NCBI RefSeq assembly: GCF_963921235.1
Contig: NC_086097.1
Location: forward strand, 60,018,001 to 60,082,000
Direction of reading: 5' to 3'
DNA from: Mobula hypostoma
Taxonomy: Eukaryota
DNA: 64,000 bases
Positions 12,815-25,221 of the stretch are shown here, in pieces (the stretch's first letter is position 1; the number at the start of each line of letters is the position of its first letter). Position numbers and translations under genes: made by a program. The notes under the pieces were generated by a model, which was not told the origin of the DNA, made no database searches, and saw nothing but the letters and a program-made list of their open reading frames with translations.

Positions 12815-13789
12815 TGTGACGAGAATACACATAAATTAAGATGTTTGCTGGCCTGGGCTAGCATCAGTGGCATCAGCAGTTGGTCTGCCACCTGTCCTCA
12901 GGGGAGGGAGAGATAAGGAACAATGAAGCAGCATTTGGAGATGTTAATGAAGGAGCCATCAGTCTGGGTATCGTCTAGAGCGGCTCCCCCTTTGAACCCT
13001 GAACTGTTTGAAGTGATGGACAGGCGATCTGGAGATGTGTAATGAAGGGACGGGAGAGAGAGCTGTCTAGAGCGGCTCCCCCCTTTGAACCCTGAACTGT
13101 TTGAAGTGATGGACAGGCGATACTCCAGCAGGGGGATAAAAAGGGACAGGTTCGCCAAGGCAGGACACACACGACACCCCGAGGTAATGAGACCCTGGAA
13201 GCGGTGCGCCTCTCACAAGTCGGTGGGAAGCTCTTGGACGGCTGACCGAGGGATCAGCCTTAAACGCACAGGGTGGAAAGGTACGATCAGCGGGAGCCCG
13301 GTGTGTGTCCACCCTCACTTGGGTGCCGGGTTCACTGCAGAGGATTGACTGCATCTGGAGGAGGGGTCACAGTCGGTGACCTCAGGTGACATCACAAAGG
13401 ACCCACCCGAAAGCTGCTTGTGAGCAATATCGCCGGTCTGTGAGTGGAAGCCGTTCTGAATGAACAGTCGTTCTCGTTCTCTCTCTCCCTCCCCCCACGT
13501 TGTCCATTGCCATGGCAACGATTACTGCGAACTGAACTAAATTGGACTGAACTTTGTGTCACTTCGAAATTGGTCCTTTACCCCTAGACAACGATAGAGC
13601 TTGATTGACGCTGTTATCTTAATTCTGTGCACATGTGTGTTTATCATTGCTGAACTGTTGCATTTATTATCCTTTCGATTACTGTGTTGCTTGTTTCTTT
13701 AATAAAACTTTCTTAGTTCTAGTAATCCAGACTCCAATTGAGTGATCCATTTCTGCTGGTTTGGCAACCCAGTTACGGGGTACGTAACA
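12815..13789 (+). repeat. 5' LTR (975 bp)
   Basis: TGTGACGAG...GGTACGTAACA. TATA-like GATAAAAA at ~13135 and AATAAA at 13701. Contains a ~56-bp direct repeat (12973-13028 and 13065-13121). Confidence 0.97.
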
Positions 13790-13793
13790 TAAG

Positions 13794-13812
13794 TGGGGTT
13801 CTCGTCTGCGAT
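13794..13812 (+). promoter_or_regulatory. Primer binding site, tRNA-Pro-like (imperfect)
   Basis: TGGGGTTCTCGTCTGCGAT, 4 nt after the LTR, versus the canonical tRNA-Pro PBS TGGGGGCTCGTCCGGGAT. Confidence 0.75.
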
Positions 13813-13888
13813 TTTGAACACTAAATTTGGGACGGAGTAAATTGATTTGGTCAAAATTCCCGAAAGAAAGAAAAGACAAACAGCAGAA

Positions 13889-15612
13889 ATGGAGGCTGAG
13901 GAATTTATAAAGGCGCCGACCTTGGAGGCATTAGAGGATGCCAGGAAATTGGAATTGGTAGCTGTGGCCATACGGTTGAATCTTGCTAAGGGGAAGTCGA
14001 CAATGAGGAGAGAGGAGTTACAAAGAGCTATCGTAGAGCACTATGTATCTAAAGGTGTGTTTCCCCAAGGCGAGCTGGAGGTGGTGTCTATTGAAAACCT
14101 TCTGGAGATGCGGTAGAGGTGCAGCTTGAAAAACTGAGACTCGAGCACGAGTTCCGGGTACGACAGTTGGAGCGAGAAGAGAAGGAGAGAGAGAGGTAGA
14201 AAGGCAAGAGAGAGAGAGAGAGACAGTTGGAGAGAGAAGAGAAAGAGAGAGACAGACAGCTGGAGAGAGAAGAGAAAGAGAGAGAGAGACAGTTGCAGCG
14301 AGAGGAGAAACAGAGGGAAAGGGAATTCGAATTGGAGAAGTTAAGGTTAAGGGCAGAGCAGGGGCTCGTGTCGAACCAAGGTGGAGGGTTCCGGGCGACC
14401 CAGGAGGTTAGGCTGGTTCCCCCATTTGACGATACCGACGTGGATCGGTACTTTCTCCACTTCGAAAAAGTGGCTATAAGTCAGGACTGGCCGAGGGATA
14501 AACGGGTTGTTTTACTTCAGAGTGTACTGAAAGGGAAAGCCCAAGAAGCTTACTCCGCTTCGTCCGCGGAAGATGCCCAGAGGCATGAGGTGGTGAAAGA
14601 GGCCATCCTCAGGATTTATGAGTTGGTCCCGGAGGCATACCGGCAGAGGTTCCGGAATGCGAGGAAGCAGTGGGACCACACGTATTTGGAGTTTGCCCGT
14701 GAGATGCAGACATATTGTGAGCATTGGTGCGCCTCGAAGGGGGTAGAGGGGGATTATGACAGACTGCTGCAGCTGATCCTGATTGAGCAGTTTAAAGGTT
14801 GTGTCCCTGAAGGTATGAGACCCTACCTCGATGAGAAAGAGGCAGCCACATTAGCCGCAACTGCTAAGTCAGCGGATGAGTATGCGTTGACACATAAAAT
14901 GAAGTTTGCCCCGAGTAAAGGCTACCAGAAGGGTAGTCAGGACGGCGGGGAGAGTCCGCCGGAAAAGTCAGAAAGTAAGCCGGGGACTAGTGAGAAGGAT
15001 AAGGTAGACCGGGAGCAGTCTGATAGGAAGTCTCCCGGGGTCGTCTGTTATAATTGCGGGAAAGTCGGACACTTTGCATCCAGGTGCTTTGCCCCAAAGA
15101 AGGAGACGGGAAAAGGGAAGACAGCAATTTTGATTGGCTGTATCGAGCTGTTAAGCGAACCGCTAGGGAAGGATAGGTCTGCCAAAGTTCAGGAAGGGCA
15201 CGAGAGGTTTATCTCGGCCAGATTGGTGTCAGTGAAGGAGGGGTTAAAACCAGTTCCAGTGCGGATCTGGAGAGACACGGGAGCGTGTCAGTCACTAATA
15301 CTGAAGAGTGTATTAGAGTTTAGCTCAGAGACCCGGACTGGGGAGGTAGAGGTCAAAGGTGTTGGGGAAGGGACAGAGTCAGTCCCTTTGCACCAGATAC
15401 ACTTACAAAGCAACCTGGTCTCTGGACTAGTCACGATCGGGGTGAGGTCCGAATTACCGATGAAGGGCGTGGAAGTCTTGCTCGGTAATGACGTCGCCGG
15501 AGGAATCGTGTTCCCAGCAGTGAGATTGACAGGTCAGCCTGCCAGCATTGAGGCCCCGCCCATGGACTCACAGGTTCATCATGGGGCTGCGGTAGTGAAT
15601 TTAGCTATTTAG
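13889..15612 (+). pseudogene. Gag (coiled coil, SCAN-like capsid, CCHC knuckle) plus aspartic protease
   Basis: MEAEEFIKAPTLE start; frameshift near 14095; TAG at 14197 in the GA-rich tract. ORF 14227..15612 contains LVPPFDDTDVDRYFLHFE, PEAYRQRFR...LILIEQF (SCAN-like), CYNCGKVGHFASRC and IWRDTGACQSLI. Confidence 0.9.
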
Positions 15613-15630
15613 CTGCGGTGGTAAATTTAG

Positions 15631-16886
15631 TTGAATGAGACGTGGGTAGAAAATGAAAAGAGGGAGTGTAGTGAGACAAGAGGTAGTGAGGGAGCTGGGA
15701 CAGACATAGCAGTAGCCAGGAAAGAATTTGTGCAGATGCGGGAGCGAGACGAGGGGCTGATGGTTTCGGCAGAGACAGCTCTCTCTGACACAGACTTGAC
15801 AAGGGAACTAGTAGGCTATTGTGCGGAGGAGGAAGTGATAAGGAAGAAAGGGAAATCAAGTACAGTACCCGCAGATGAGGAATGGGGGGTGGTGCAAAAG
15901 AGTTATGAGGATGAGATTTTTAACCTGGCCCACAAGGTACCTCCCGGTGGACATTTTGCGGTGCTGGAGGAAACAGTTGGTGGAATCATGAAAGAGGTTT
16001 ACTGGCTGCCCAGGGGGGAGGATGTTATTGATTATGGCCGACGCAAACTGAGACAGTCACAGGCTTTTGATATGCTAACAAACCTAGTCGGGGTTAGTGT
16101 GGACATCAATGAAGCTAGGGTCCCCCCGATAAGAGGGAAAAACCATTTTGAAAAGATTAGTATGGTATCGATCAGATGGGAGAAGGCTATTGTTTTGGCC
16201 AGGTCTACTGATAAGGTCTCTCCCTTAATCCCCGAACAAAGTGGCTCTTTAGGAGAAGTAATTAAACGACTCGCACCCGTGTGTTTGATTGTCCCGAGGC
16301 GATGCAAAGAACTGGGACGTTGGGTGATGTCTGTTACAATAGGCCAGCCTAGTAAACAACATCCATATATAATGAGTAATTCAGTGACTAAAGGGCTGAT
16401 GAACACAGAGGTGTGTATTGGCAATTTAATACAGCTGTCTGAAGCCAGCTTGATAGTGAACCTTGAAAAAAATGAGTTCGGCCACGCGAAGGTCACTTAC
16501 CTGGGAATTGTGGTGACAGAGGGGCAGCTGGCAGCAATGCAAGCTACAGTGCAGGCTATCGCTGACCTCCCAACCCCGACAGACAAGAGGGCCCTCAGAA
16601 GGCTCTTGGAGATGGTGGGGTACCGTAGGAAGTTTTGCAATAACTCTGCGGTCACTACCCCTCCCCCTCCTGCTAAGCCCTTGCGAGAGAAAACTAAGTC
16701 AGAATGGGATGACCCTTGTTATTGTGGTCCGGGACAAAACCAAATGAGAGGTTACATTGATCGCAATTCATCAGTATTTTTGGCCACTATGAAGTTTGCT
16801 GAGTTGGAGCCTGGTCTAAGGGATTATTAATAACACATATAAAAGGGATGGAAAATGTGATTACTGACTGTCTGTCAAGGTGCTGA
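15631..16886 (+). pseudogene. Compressed pol remnant: integrase Zn-finger part, RT fragments, RNase H fragments
   Basis: EIFNLAHKVPPGGHF...VYW (IN N-terminus); PSKQHPY; GLMNTEVCIGNL (position of YxDD); VNLEKNEFGHAKVTYLG; LRRLLEMVGYRRKFCNN; YIDRNSSVFL; and, frameshifted at 16821-16886, HIKGMENVITDCLSR (RNase H end). Confidence 0.8.
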
Positions 16887-16991
16887 CAACTTCAAATTCT
16901 CTGTATTAGCCAAATAGCTGATAAAGATGTATATTTGTGTGTATCAAATAATGTACTCATGTTTGTAATTTTTACCCCGGTAAAAATCCTT

Positions 16992-17003
16992 AAAGGGGGG
17001 AAG
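16992..17003 (+). promoter_or_regulatory. Polypurine tract
   Basis: AAAGGGGGGAAG immediately before the 3' LTR. Confidence 0.9.
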
Positions 17004-17885
17004 TGTGACGAGAATACACATAAATTAAGATGTTTGCTGGCCTGGGCTAGCATCAGTGGCATCAGCAGTTGGTCTGCCACCTGTCCTCAGGGGAGGGAGA
17101 GATAAGGAACAATGAAGCAGCATTTGGAGATGTTAATGAAGGAGCCATCAGTCTGGGTATTGTCTAGAGCGGCTCCCCCTTTGAACCCTGAACTGTTTGA
17201 AGTGATGGACGGGCGATACCCCAGCCGGGGGATAAAAAGGGACAGGTTCGCTAAGGCAGGACACACACGACACCCCGAGGTAACGAAACTCTGGAAGCGG
17301 TGCGCCTCTCACAAGTCAGTGGGAAGCTCTTGGACGGCTGACCGGGGGATCAGCCTTAAACGCACAGGGTGGAAAGGTACGATCAGCGGGAGCCCGGTGT
17401 GTGTCCACCCTCACTTGGGTGCCAGGTTCACTGCAGAGGATCGACTGCATCTGGAGGAGGGGTCACAGTCGGTGACCTTAGGTGACATCACAAAGGACCC
17501 ACCCGAAAGCTGCTTATGAGCAATATCGCCGGTCTGTGAGTGGAAGCCGTTCTGAATGAACAACCGTTCTCGTTCTCTCTCTCCCTTCCCCCACGTTGTC
17601 CATCTCCATGGCAACGATTACTGCGAACTGAACTAAATTGGACTGAACTTTGTGTCACTTTGAAATTGGTCCTTTACCCCTAGACAATGATAGAGCTTGA
17701 TTGATGCTGTTATCTTAATTCTGTGCACATGTGTGTTTATCATTGCTGAACTGTTGCATTTATTATCCTTTCGATTACTGTGTTGCTTGTTTCTTTAATA
17801 AAACTTTCTTAGTTCTAGTAATCCAGACTCCAACTGAGTGATCCATTTCTGCTGGTTTGGCAACCCAGTTACGGGGTACGTAACA
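17004..17885 (+). repeat. 3' LTR (882 bp)
   Basis: Same termini as the 5' LTR. Roughly two dozen substitutions by eye, and it lacks the ~92-bp internal unit. Confidence 0.97.
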
Positions 17886-18519
17886 CTCCCAACCTGGGAT
17901 ACTCAGAACCCTTGGTTAAAGACCTAAAAAGGTTGGCAATCCCTGTTCTATAGTAAGACTGTATTGCTGGTTTAATTTGCTTAAACATAATTTTATTCCA
18001 TCTGTCCCTTTCGGGAAAGACAGTAGGTTTGTTGAATGAAGTAGGTATGGGACACAGGTAACTTTGGGAAAAACTATAAGAAATGTGCCAGGCCTCTTGA
18101 TATAAAGAAAAACTAGAAGGTAACCTAGTTTTAAAAAGCCTGAAGCATTTCCACGTTCTACTAAGTAGAAGGTGCACCCTATGTTATGAATGATCCTTTT
18201 CAGAATGTCTTAAATCACAGAATAAAAACTCTGCAAACCCCTTCAACTTTTAAGATTATCATGAAGTCAGAAGATTGTTCGACCCATCAGACTTTTCAAA
18301 ATGATAAATAGGACATGACTCTATTCAAGATTGTTTATACCTTTTGAGTATTTATGAATGAAGTATTTGAATTTCTAAGCATTTTTAAAGTCTTTGATAA
18401 TCAGAGACCAAATTTAGATGTTTTATGAGATAATTAGTCTTTCTCTAAGTAAATTATCCTTTTAAATAAAATGTAACTTTATTTCTCATCTACTTTATTG
18501 TCAGGTTAATCACTTTATC

Positions 18520-18856
18520 TTTTTCTTTTTAAATCTTTCTATCAATTTTTCAAAATTATAAACTCAATAATAAAGTTGGTACAAAGAGATTGGAAAATGT
18601 TCATCAGCATATATAAAATGAATTTTAAGAAACATAGAAATAAAAGACTTCCAAACTCATAATGAGATTAAACATTAACAAAGAAATAAAAAAAATAAAA
18701 ATAAACTCCAAAAGAAAAAGAGAAAAAAAAACCCAAAAAGGCAAATTAGGGCTAGACCAACAACTTGTATCAGACATGATCCATAATGTTGCTATCTCCA
18801 CTCCTCTCATCATATAATTTTAGAAAAAAGATTCAGAAAGGTCAGATTACATCATA
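18520..18856 (-). mobile_element. L1/Tx1-type LINE 3' UTR fragment
   Basis: Reverse strand reads ATGATGTAA-tctgacctttctgaatc...gagaggagtggag, matching both the ORF2 end at 37507-37535 (-) and the UTR at 39681-39745 (+). Confidence 0.7.
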
Positions 18857-19899
18857 ATCACTTTATCATATGTGTTTATGGACAATCTACTGAAGAACCT
18901 GAATAAATGATATAATTGAAATTGTAAGATAAATTGTCGGCATTAGGAATGATAGAACGTAGGAATTACTAATGACCTTGAGACCTCCCAATTGGGTAAT
19001 TAGTTGGGATTCATAGATCTGAATTCATGACAGGAATAATATGGTCTGGATTTTGCTGATAAATGGTAATCCCCTATGGAATCCAATTGTGTAGCTGATA
19101 ATCTCCCAAATATAGTCTGAGAATCTGCTTTAGAATCTTTTACCTGGACAGAACTGTGAATCCTTTGATTTTAGTAAGATTGAGAGGAGGAGAAAGAAAA
19201 GACTAAAATAAGATTTCTTTTAAATTGTGTGCTACTTGTTCAGCTCTTCTAACATCTCTTTAATTCCCTTTAGCTGCTATTATTTATTGGATGAATACGT
19301 TTTATGTAACCCAGGTTAATTAAACCCAAAAGATGTAATGTTGGAAAGCTCCACCTGCAGAGGGATGTAAATAAGGTTACCAAATTAAAAGAGAGAGAAC
19401 TTGAAAATAATAGCTACGCAAGAATGAGGCATGGCTGACACAGACATGGACAAGTGACAGAAACACAGCAAACTATAGAAACTACTAAAGATGAAAAAAA
19501 TGTTAAGAGTGGAGTTAGTACTTCTGGAAGTATATGTTTTCTATTCACTGCCTCCTTCTGATATCTAGAGCTTCTGATGGCTCACTAGCACCTAGTGTAG
19601 TATTATGTAATTTGATTTTCTCATAAATAGTGCGGCGACCAGTCACACCGGTCAGACAAGCACTACACAGGTGTTACATTTAATTTTATTATTTTTTCAC
19701 GTTGGTAGTTTTTAAATATTTCAGTATTTATAAACAATGAAAATTGAAAATGTAAGCTTTGATTGTCTGCAAAATTGAGGGCAGGAATCAGCTGACTGTC
19801 AAGTTTTTTGTCTTTGGTATCTGGACTCTCTCTCATAAAGATAATCTTTATTTGGTATCATTTGTATAGATAAAGCAAATCCTGTAAATTATTGCATAG

Positions 19900-20350
19900 T
19901 TGTCAACACAAATCAGTACAAGCAAACCAGTCTCTGCACTGTTGACTCCACCTACACTTCCTGCTGCCTTGGCAAAGCAGCTAATATAAACAAGAAACCT
20001 TCCTACCGCAGTCATTCACACTTCTCCCCTCTGCTGTCCAGCAGAAGATTTAAAAGCCTAAGAGCACAAAGCACCAAAGTCAAGGACAGATTCTATCGGT
20101 CTGTTAACAGACGCTTGACTGGACCTCTCAAACATTAAGCAGAACTCTTGAGCTCTTGATCTCCCAATTTACATTGTCATGGTCCTTTCAGTTTATTTGC
20201 TAATCTGCACTTTCACTGTAACTGCAACACTATTATGCATTCCATTTTCTTTTAACTACTTGTCTGTAATTATGTTTGGTTTGTTCAGTCTGGATGACAT
20301 GCAAAACAAAAGCTTTTCACAGTATCTCAGGGTATTTGATAATAATAAGC
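19900..20350 (+). mobile_element. Old Rex1-type 3' fragment
   Basis: Decayed 'CLGKAANI.K..S...HS.FSPL.S.RRFKSL' coding region plus Rex1-like 3' UTR. Confidence 0.6.
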
Positions 20351-22697
20351 AAATGATAATCCAATGGTAATAATAGTAGTATTCAGTGCTCAGTTAACCA
20401 GTCTGAAATTTCCAGATTCTGTTGAGTTTTGTTCATTGCATATCAATGGTTAATTGCCAATTACAATTAAGGTCCTCTCCAGGTTACAGAAGATTTTTGT
20501 TCCGGAGAACTATTCACAACCTGAACAATTTGTGAGTTGCTATATGAGGAAAACAGTGTGTGGGAGGGGGGTCACAGAAACAGCTGTGATGGGAGAGGAA
20601 GTAGTGGCAGGAAGTGCAGCCATCAGCTGACCTCACTGACTCAGTGAGTGAGTGAACCTGCTCAGCACTCCCACCTCGACTTGTCTTGGTTGTTTCAGAC
20701 TGGGGTTTGGGGGTATAGTCGGATAGAAGAGAGAATGATTGGGCTAGGTGCTGTCCTTGATTATGTCAACTGTTTTCCTGAGGCAGAGATTGTTTATTAT
20801 TGTGAAGCAGCCTTAATCTGCAGTTATGGGTGCTGAGCCAGTCGTGCAAATAAGAACCAGACTTCAGATAGTTCAAATATACTGTAATTACATGCAGTAA
20901 TTTGTTTTAAAATTACAAAGGTGGTTGTATGAATAAATAGCACTCTCTGTGATGGGAGCAGGATACCAGCTCACAGCTTTAAAAATGACTTGACTATGAA
21001 ATATTCATTGGCCAACCATACAAACAATAGAGCTTTGCCAGGCATAAGGTACCTCTGACAGAGATATTTTGCACCACAGTGACAGAGTTCAAGAACGCCA
21101 CTTAACATATGATCAGAGAGATATTTGCTGTCAATTGAAATTTGGGGCATTTGTGTAATCAGAGATCCATTCTTCAATATAGTATATATTGAATATTTAG
21201 AAGTAGCCTTGATATTTTTTAAGTTGAGTGCTCCCATTGTAAATATGTAATTCTACAGAACTATATACTTACACCAAAAGTTTTTCCAGTAAGCAATGTA
21301 ATTGGAACAATTGAAACTGTTACTTTTGCAAATGAAGGTATACAACCCCAATGCACTTAGAGTTCAGGGAGATTTTTCTAGGAGCTTCTTCCACCAGATT
21401 TCCCTCCCAATGTCTGCATGTACTGATTAAAGACTCATTACATCTGCAGCTTCAATCTCCACGTCACTCATTCAAAGTCGCCTCAGAAGTGTTTACATTT
21501 CCTTCTGCTTTTTCATTTCATCACTTCAAAGCTGGTTCCATCAAGCATAGTTATACTTACTTTTATTAATGTCTGAGTCACTGTTCAGTACAAATAATTC
21601 ATCAAACATGTTACTTATTTCTGTCTCCTTTTGACTTATCTCAAGATGGCATTGTGTTTACTGCTCACTCATAGCAAGTTTTTGTTTTGGTTACCAGCTG
21701 TCTTAGTCTAACATAAAGGAGTGAGGATTTCTCCTTTGCTGAATACAGTGCATACACAAGCTCTGCTTTCAATGACTTCAATAGAGTAGATCTGAGCTTT
21801 AATCTCCTGTAGAATTTGTCACATAAACAGCCTTATGGTGATTGGGATCCAGCAGAGCTACCAACTAAATGCAAATAATGATATACAGAATACAGCTCCC
21901 TCATTAATGACCAGACAAGGTCATTGTCTCTTCTCCCCTTCTCTTTTTTTTAAAATGTTTACTCACTAGAATGTTTGGAAAATGCTTTGGTGGTTATTCT
22001 GTGCCTTGAGCATGGAGAGTAATTGGATGCCATGAATTAAGCTTTTTGGATTCTGGACACATGTAACATGACCCAGTTCAAATTAGCATAGTTATATTGT
22101 TGAACCCTGCATCCATTTCCTGTCAATCATCTGTTGATAGGTACTGGCAATATTAGTATTCCTGTCTAGTTGTTAAGCACCGTATGTCATAATCAGTGCA
22201 ATTGCACCCCCACCACAGATTCCTGTTAGTTAATCAAAATCGCAACAAATTTTTAATATTCCTCTATACTTCCAACTGAATTTTTCTTACAGCTTTCTAA
22301 TGCTTTGTCATATTTTTATGTTAACTTATCCATTACAAATAACCAATTTCACATTTTTAACCATGAGTAACACGCTTCTGGCACTGTAATCAGACCTTCA
22401 GTTTTGTATGTTGCAGTTCCTCTGTCCAAACGGAAAAAAATGTAAATGAAACATCTCCTGCTGCAAGTAGATTCCACTGAATCCATTGCTTCTGGGAAAT
22501 GGACACTAATCCAATTTGAATGACATGTCTGTGTACATGTAAAGTATGACTCTCGGCGATGGTGGTCCTGAATTACTTTTCCTTTGGAGCATGCTGGGAC
22601 ATAAAGTGCTGAATCTGTATTATACTAAGTTTGGAGAATAGCAAAGGTGGCAAACAATTTACAGTAAAGTGTGAATCCAGATATTCCATTTAGGTTA

Positions 22698-24957
22698 GAA
22701 ACACAGAGAACCTACAGCACAATACAAGCCCTTCGGCCCACAAAGCTGTGCCAAACATGTCCCTACCATAGAACTACTTAGGCATTACCCATAGTCCTCT
22801 ATTTTTCTAAGCTCCATGTAGCCATCCAAGAGTCTCTTAAAAGACCCTATCATTTCCGCCTCCACCACCGCCGCCGGCAGCCCATTCCATGCAGTCACCA
22901 TTCTCTGCGTATAAAACCTACCCCTGACATCTCCCCTGTACCTACTTCCAAGCACCCTAAAACTGTGCCATCTCATGCTTGCCATTTCAGCCCTGGGAAA
23001 AAGCCTCTGACTATCCACACGATCAATGCCTCTCATTATCTTGTACACCTCTATCAGGTCACCTCTCATCTTCCACCACCCCAGGGAGAAAAAGCCGAGT
23101 TCACTCAACCTATTCTCATAAGGCATGCTCCACAATCCAGGCAACATCCTTGTAAATCTCCTCTGCACCCTTTCTATGATTTCCACATCCTTCCTATAGT
23201 GAGGAGACCAGAATTGAGCACAGTACTGCAAGTGCGGTCTGACCAGGGTCCTATATAGCTGCAACATTACTTCCCGGCATTTAAACTCAATTGCATGACC
23301 TATGAAGGCCAATGCACCGTATGCCTTCTTAACCACAGAGTCAATATGAGTAGTCCCTTTGAGTGTCCTATGGATTCCGACCTCAAGATCCCTCTGATCC
23401 TCCACACTGCCAAAAGTGTTACCATTAATACTATATTCTGCCATCATATTTGACCTACCAGAATGAACCACCTCACACTTATCTGGGTTGAACTCCATCT
23501 GCCACTTCTAAGCCCAGTTTTGCATCCTATCAATGTCCCGCTGTAACCTCTGACAGCCCTCCACACTATCCACGACACTACCAACCTTTGTGTCATCAGC
23601 AAATTTACTAACCCATCCCTCCACTTCCTCATCCAGGTCATTTATAAAAATCACAAAAAGTAGGGGTCCCAGAACCAATCCCTGAGGCACACCACTGGTC
23701 ACCGACACCCATGCATAATGTGATCCGTCTACAACTACACTTTGCCTTCTGTGGGCAAGCCAGTTCTGGATTCACAAAGCAATGTCCCCTTGGATCCCAT
23801 GCCTCCCTACTTTCTCAATAAGCCTTGCATGGGGTACATTATCAAATGCCTTGCTGAGATCTATATACACTACATCTATAGCTTTACCTTCATCAATGTG
23901 TTTCGTCACATCCTCAAAAAATTTAATCAGGCTCGTGAGGCACAACCTGCCTTTGACAAAGCCATGCTGACTATTTCTAATCATATCATGCCTCTCCAAA
24001 TGTTCATAAATCCTGCCTCTGAGTATCGTCTCCATCAACTTATCAACCGCTGAAGTAAGACTCACTGGCCTATAATTTCCTGGGCTATCCCTACTCCCTT
24101 GCTTGAATAAAGGAACAACAATTTCAATCCTCCAGAACCTCTCCCGTCCTGATTGATGATGCAAATATCATTGCTAGAGGCTCAGCAAAATCCTCCCTCG
24201 CTTCCAACAGCAACCGGGGTACATCCCGTCCAGTCCCATGACTTATCCAACTTGATGCTTTCCAAAAGCTCCAGCACATCCTTTACCTTAATATCTACAT
24301 GCTCAAGCTTTTCAGTCTGCTGCAAGTCATCCTTACAATTGCCAAGGTCCTTTTCCATAGTGAGTACTGAAGCATAGTATTCATTAAGTACCTCTGCTAT
24401 TTCCTCCAGTTCCATACACACTTTTTGACTCTCACACTTGATTGGTCCTATTCTCTCACATCTTATCCTCTTGCTCTTCATATACTTGTAGAATGCCTTG
24501 GGGTTTTCCTTAATCCTGTCTGCCAAGGCCTTCTCACTGCCCCTTCTAGCTCTCCTAATTTCTTTCGTAAGCTCCTTCCTGCTAACATTATAATATTCTC
24601 GATTTCTATCATTACCTATTTTTTTTGAATCTTTCATAACTCTTTTCTTCATGACTAGATTTACAACAGCCTTTGTACACCACAGATCCTGTACCCTACC
24701 ATCCTTTCCATGTCTCATTGGAACGTACCTATTCAGAACCACATGCAAATATCCCCTGAACATTTGCCACATTTCTTCGGTACATTTCCCTGTGAACATC
24801 TGTTTCCAATTTATGCTTCCAAGTTCCTGCCTGATAGCCTCATATTTCCCCTTACTCCAATTAAACATTTCCCTAACTTGTCTGTTCCTATCCCTCTCGA
24901 ATTCTATGGTAAAGGAGATAGAATTGTGATCACTATCTCCAAAATGCTCTCCCACTG
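22698..24957 (-). mobile_element. 5'-truncated CR1 LINE (end of APE through RT), frameshifted
   Basis: ORFs 22785..23498, 23508..23708, 23772..24164 and part of 24182..25201 ([32 protein letters not shown]). Same subfamily as 28265-29605 and 44420-46945. Confidence 0.95.
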
Positions 24958-25221
24958 AAAGAACTGAGGTTATGAAATGCTTTGTGTCTTGACTTAGAGC
25001 ATAAAAGGTCTTTACTTGCAGAGGTTTGTGAATAGTAGGCAGGGGTTGACTAGTAGTAGACTGTATCCTTACAAAATCTTCACATGGCCTGGTTCTCGGC
25101 TTTGATTTTTTAGGTGTCTCAGTCGATGAAAAGGAGCAACAGACCTGATGCACACAGTAGTTCTCAAGGATTACAAACCTTCCCAAGGTCCAAAGTTCCA
25201 TAGTTCCATGGACAATATTCC

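Larger units (their letters stand above)
12815..17885 (+). mobile_element. Gmr1-like Ty3/Gypsy LTR retrotransposon with intact ends, non-autonomous
   Basis: Two LTRs with TG...CA ends, a 4-bp TSD CTCC (12811-12814 and 17886-17889), PBS, PPT, SCAN-type gag, protease, and integrase remnants upstream of RT/RNase H remnants. Confidence 0.95.

Noticed and set aside
17112..17519. 135-aa ORF in the LTR as an accessory protein
   Set aside because: No recognisable motif, and the 5' LTR counterpart is interrupted (TGA at 13346-13348, extra unit). Likely a GC-rich chance ORF.
20460..20970. Possible old MITE or DNA transposon
   Set aside because: Could not identify matching TIRs or a TSD by eye.
24182..25201. 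339-aa minus-strand ORF as a novel fusion protein
   Set aside because: The C-terminal part is CR1 ORF2. The N-terminal ~80 codons are chance read-through into flanking DNA beyond the 5' truncation at ~24957.
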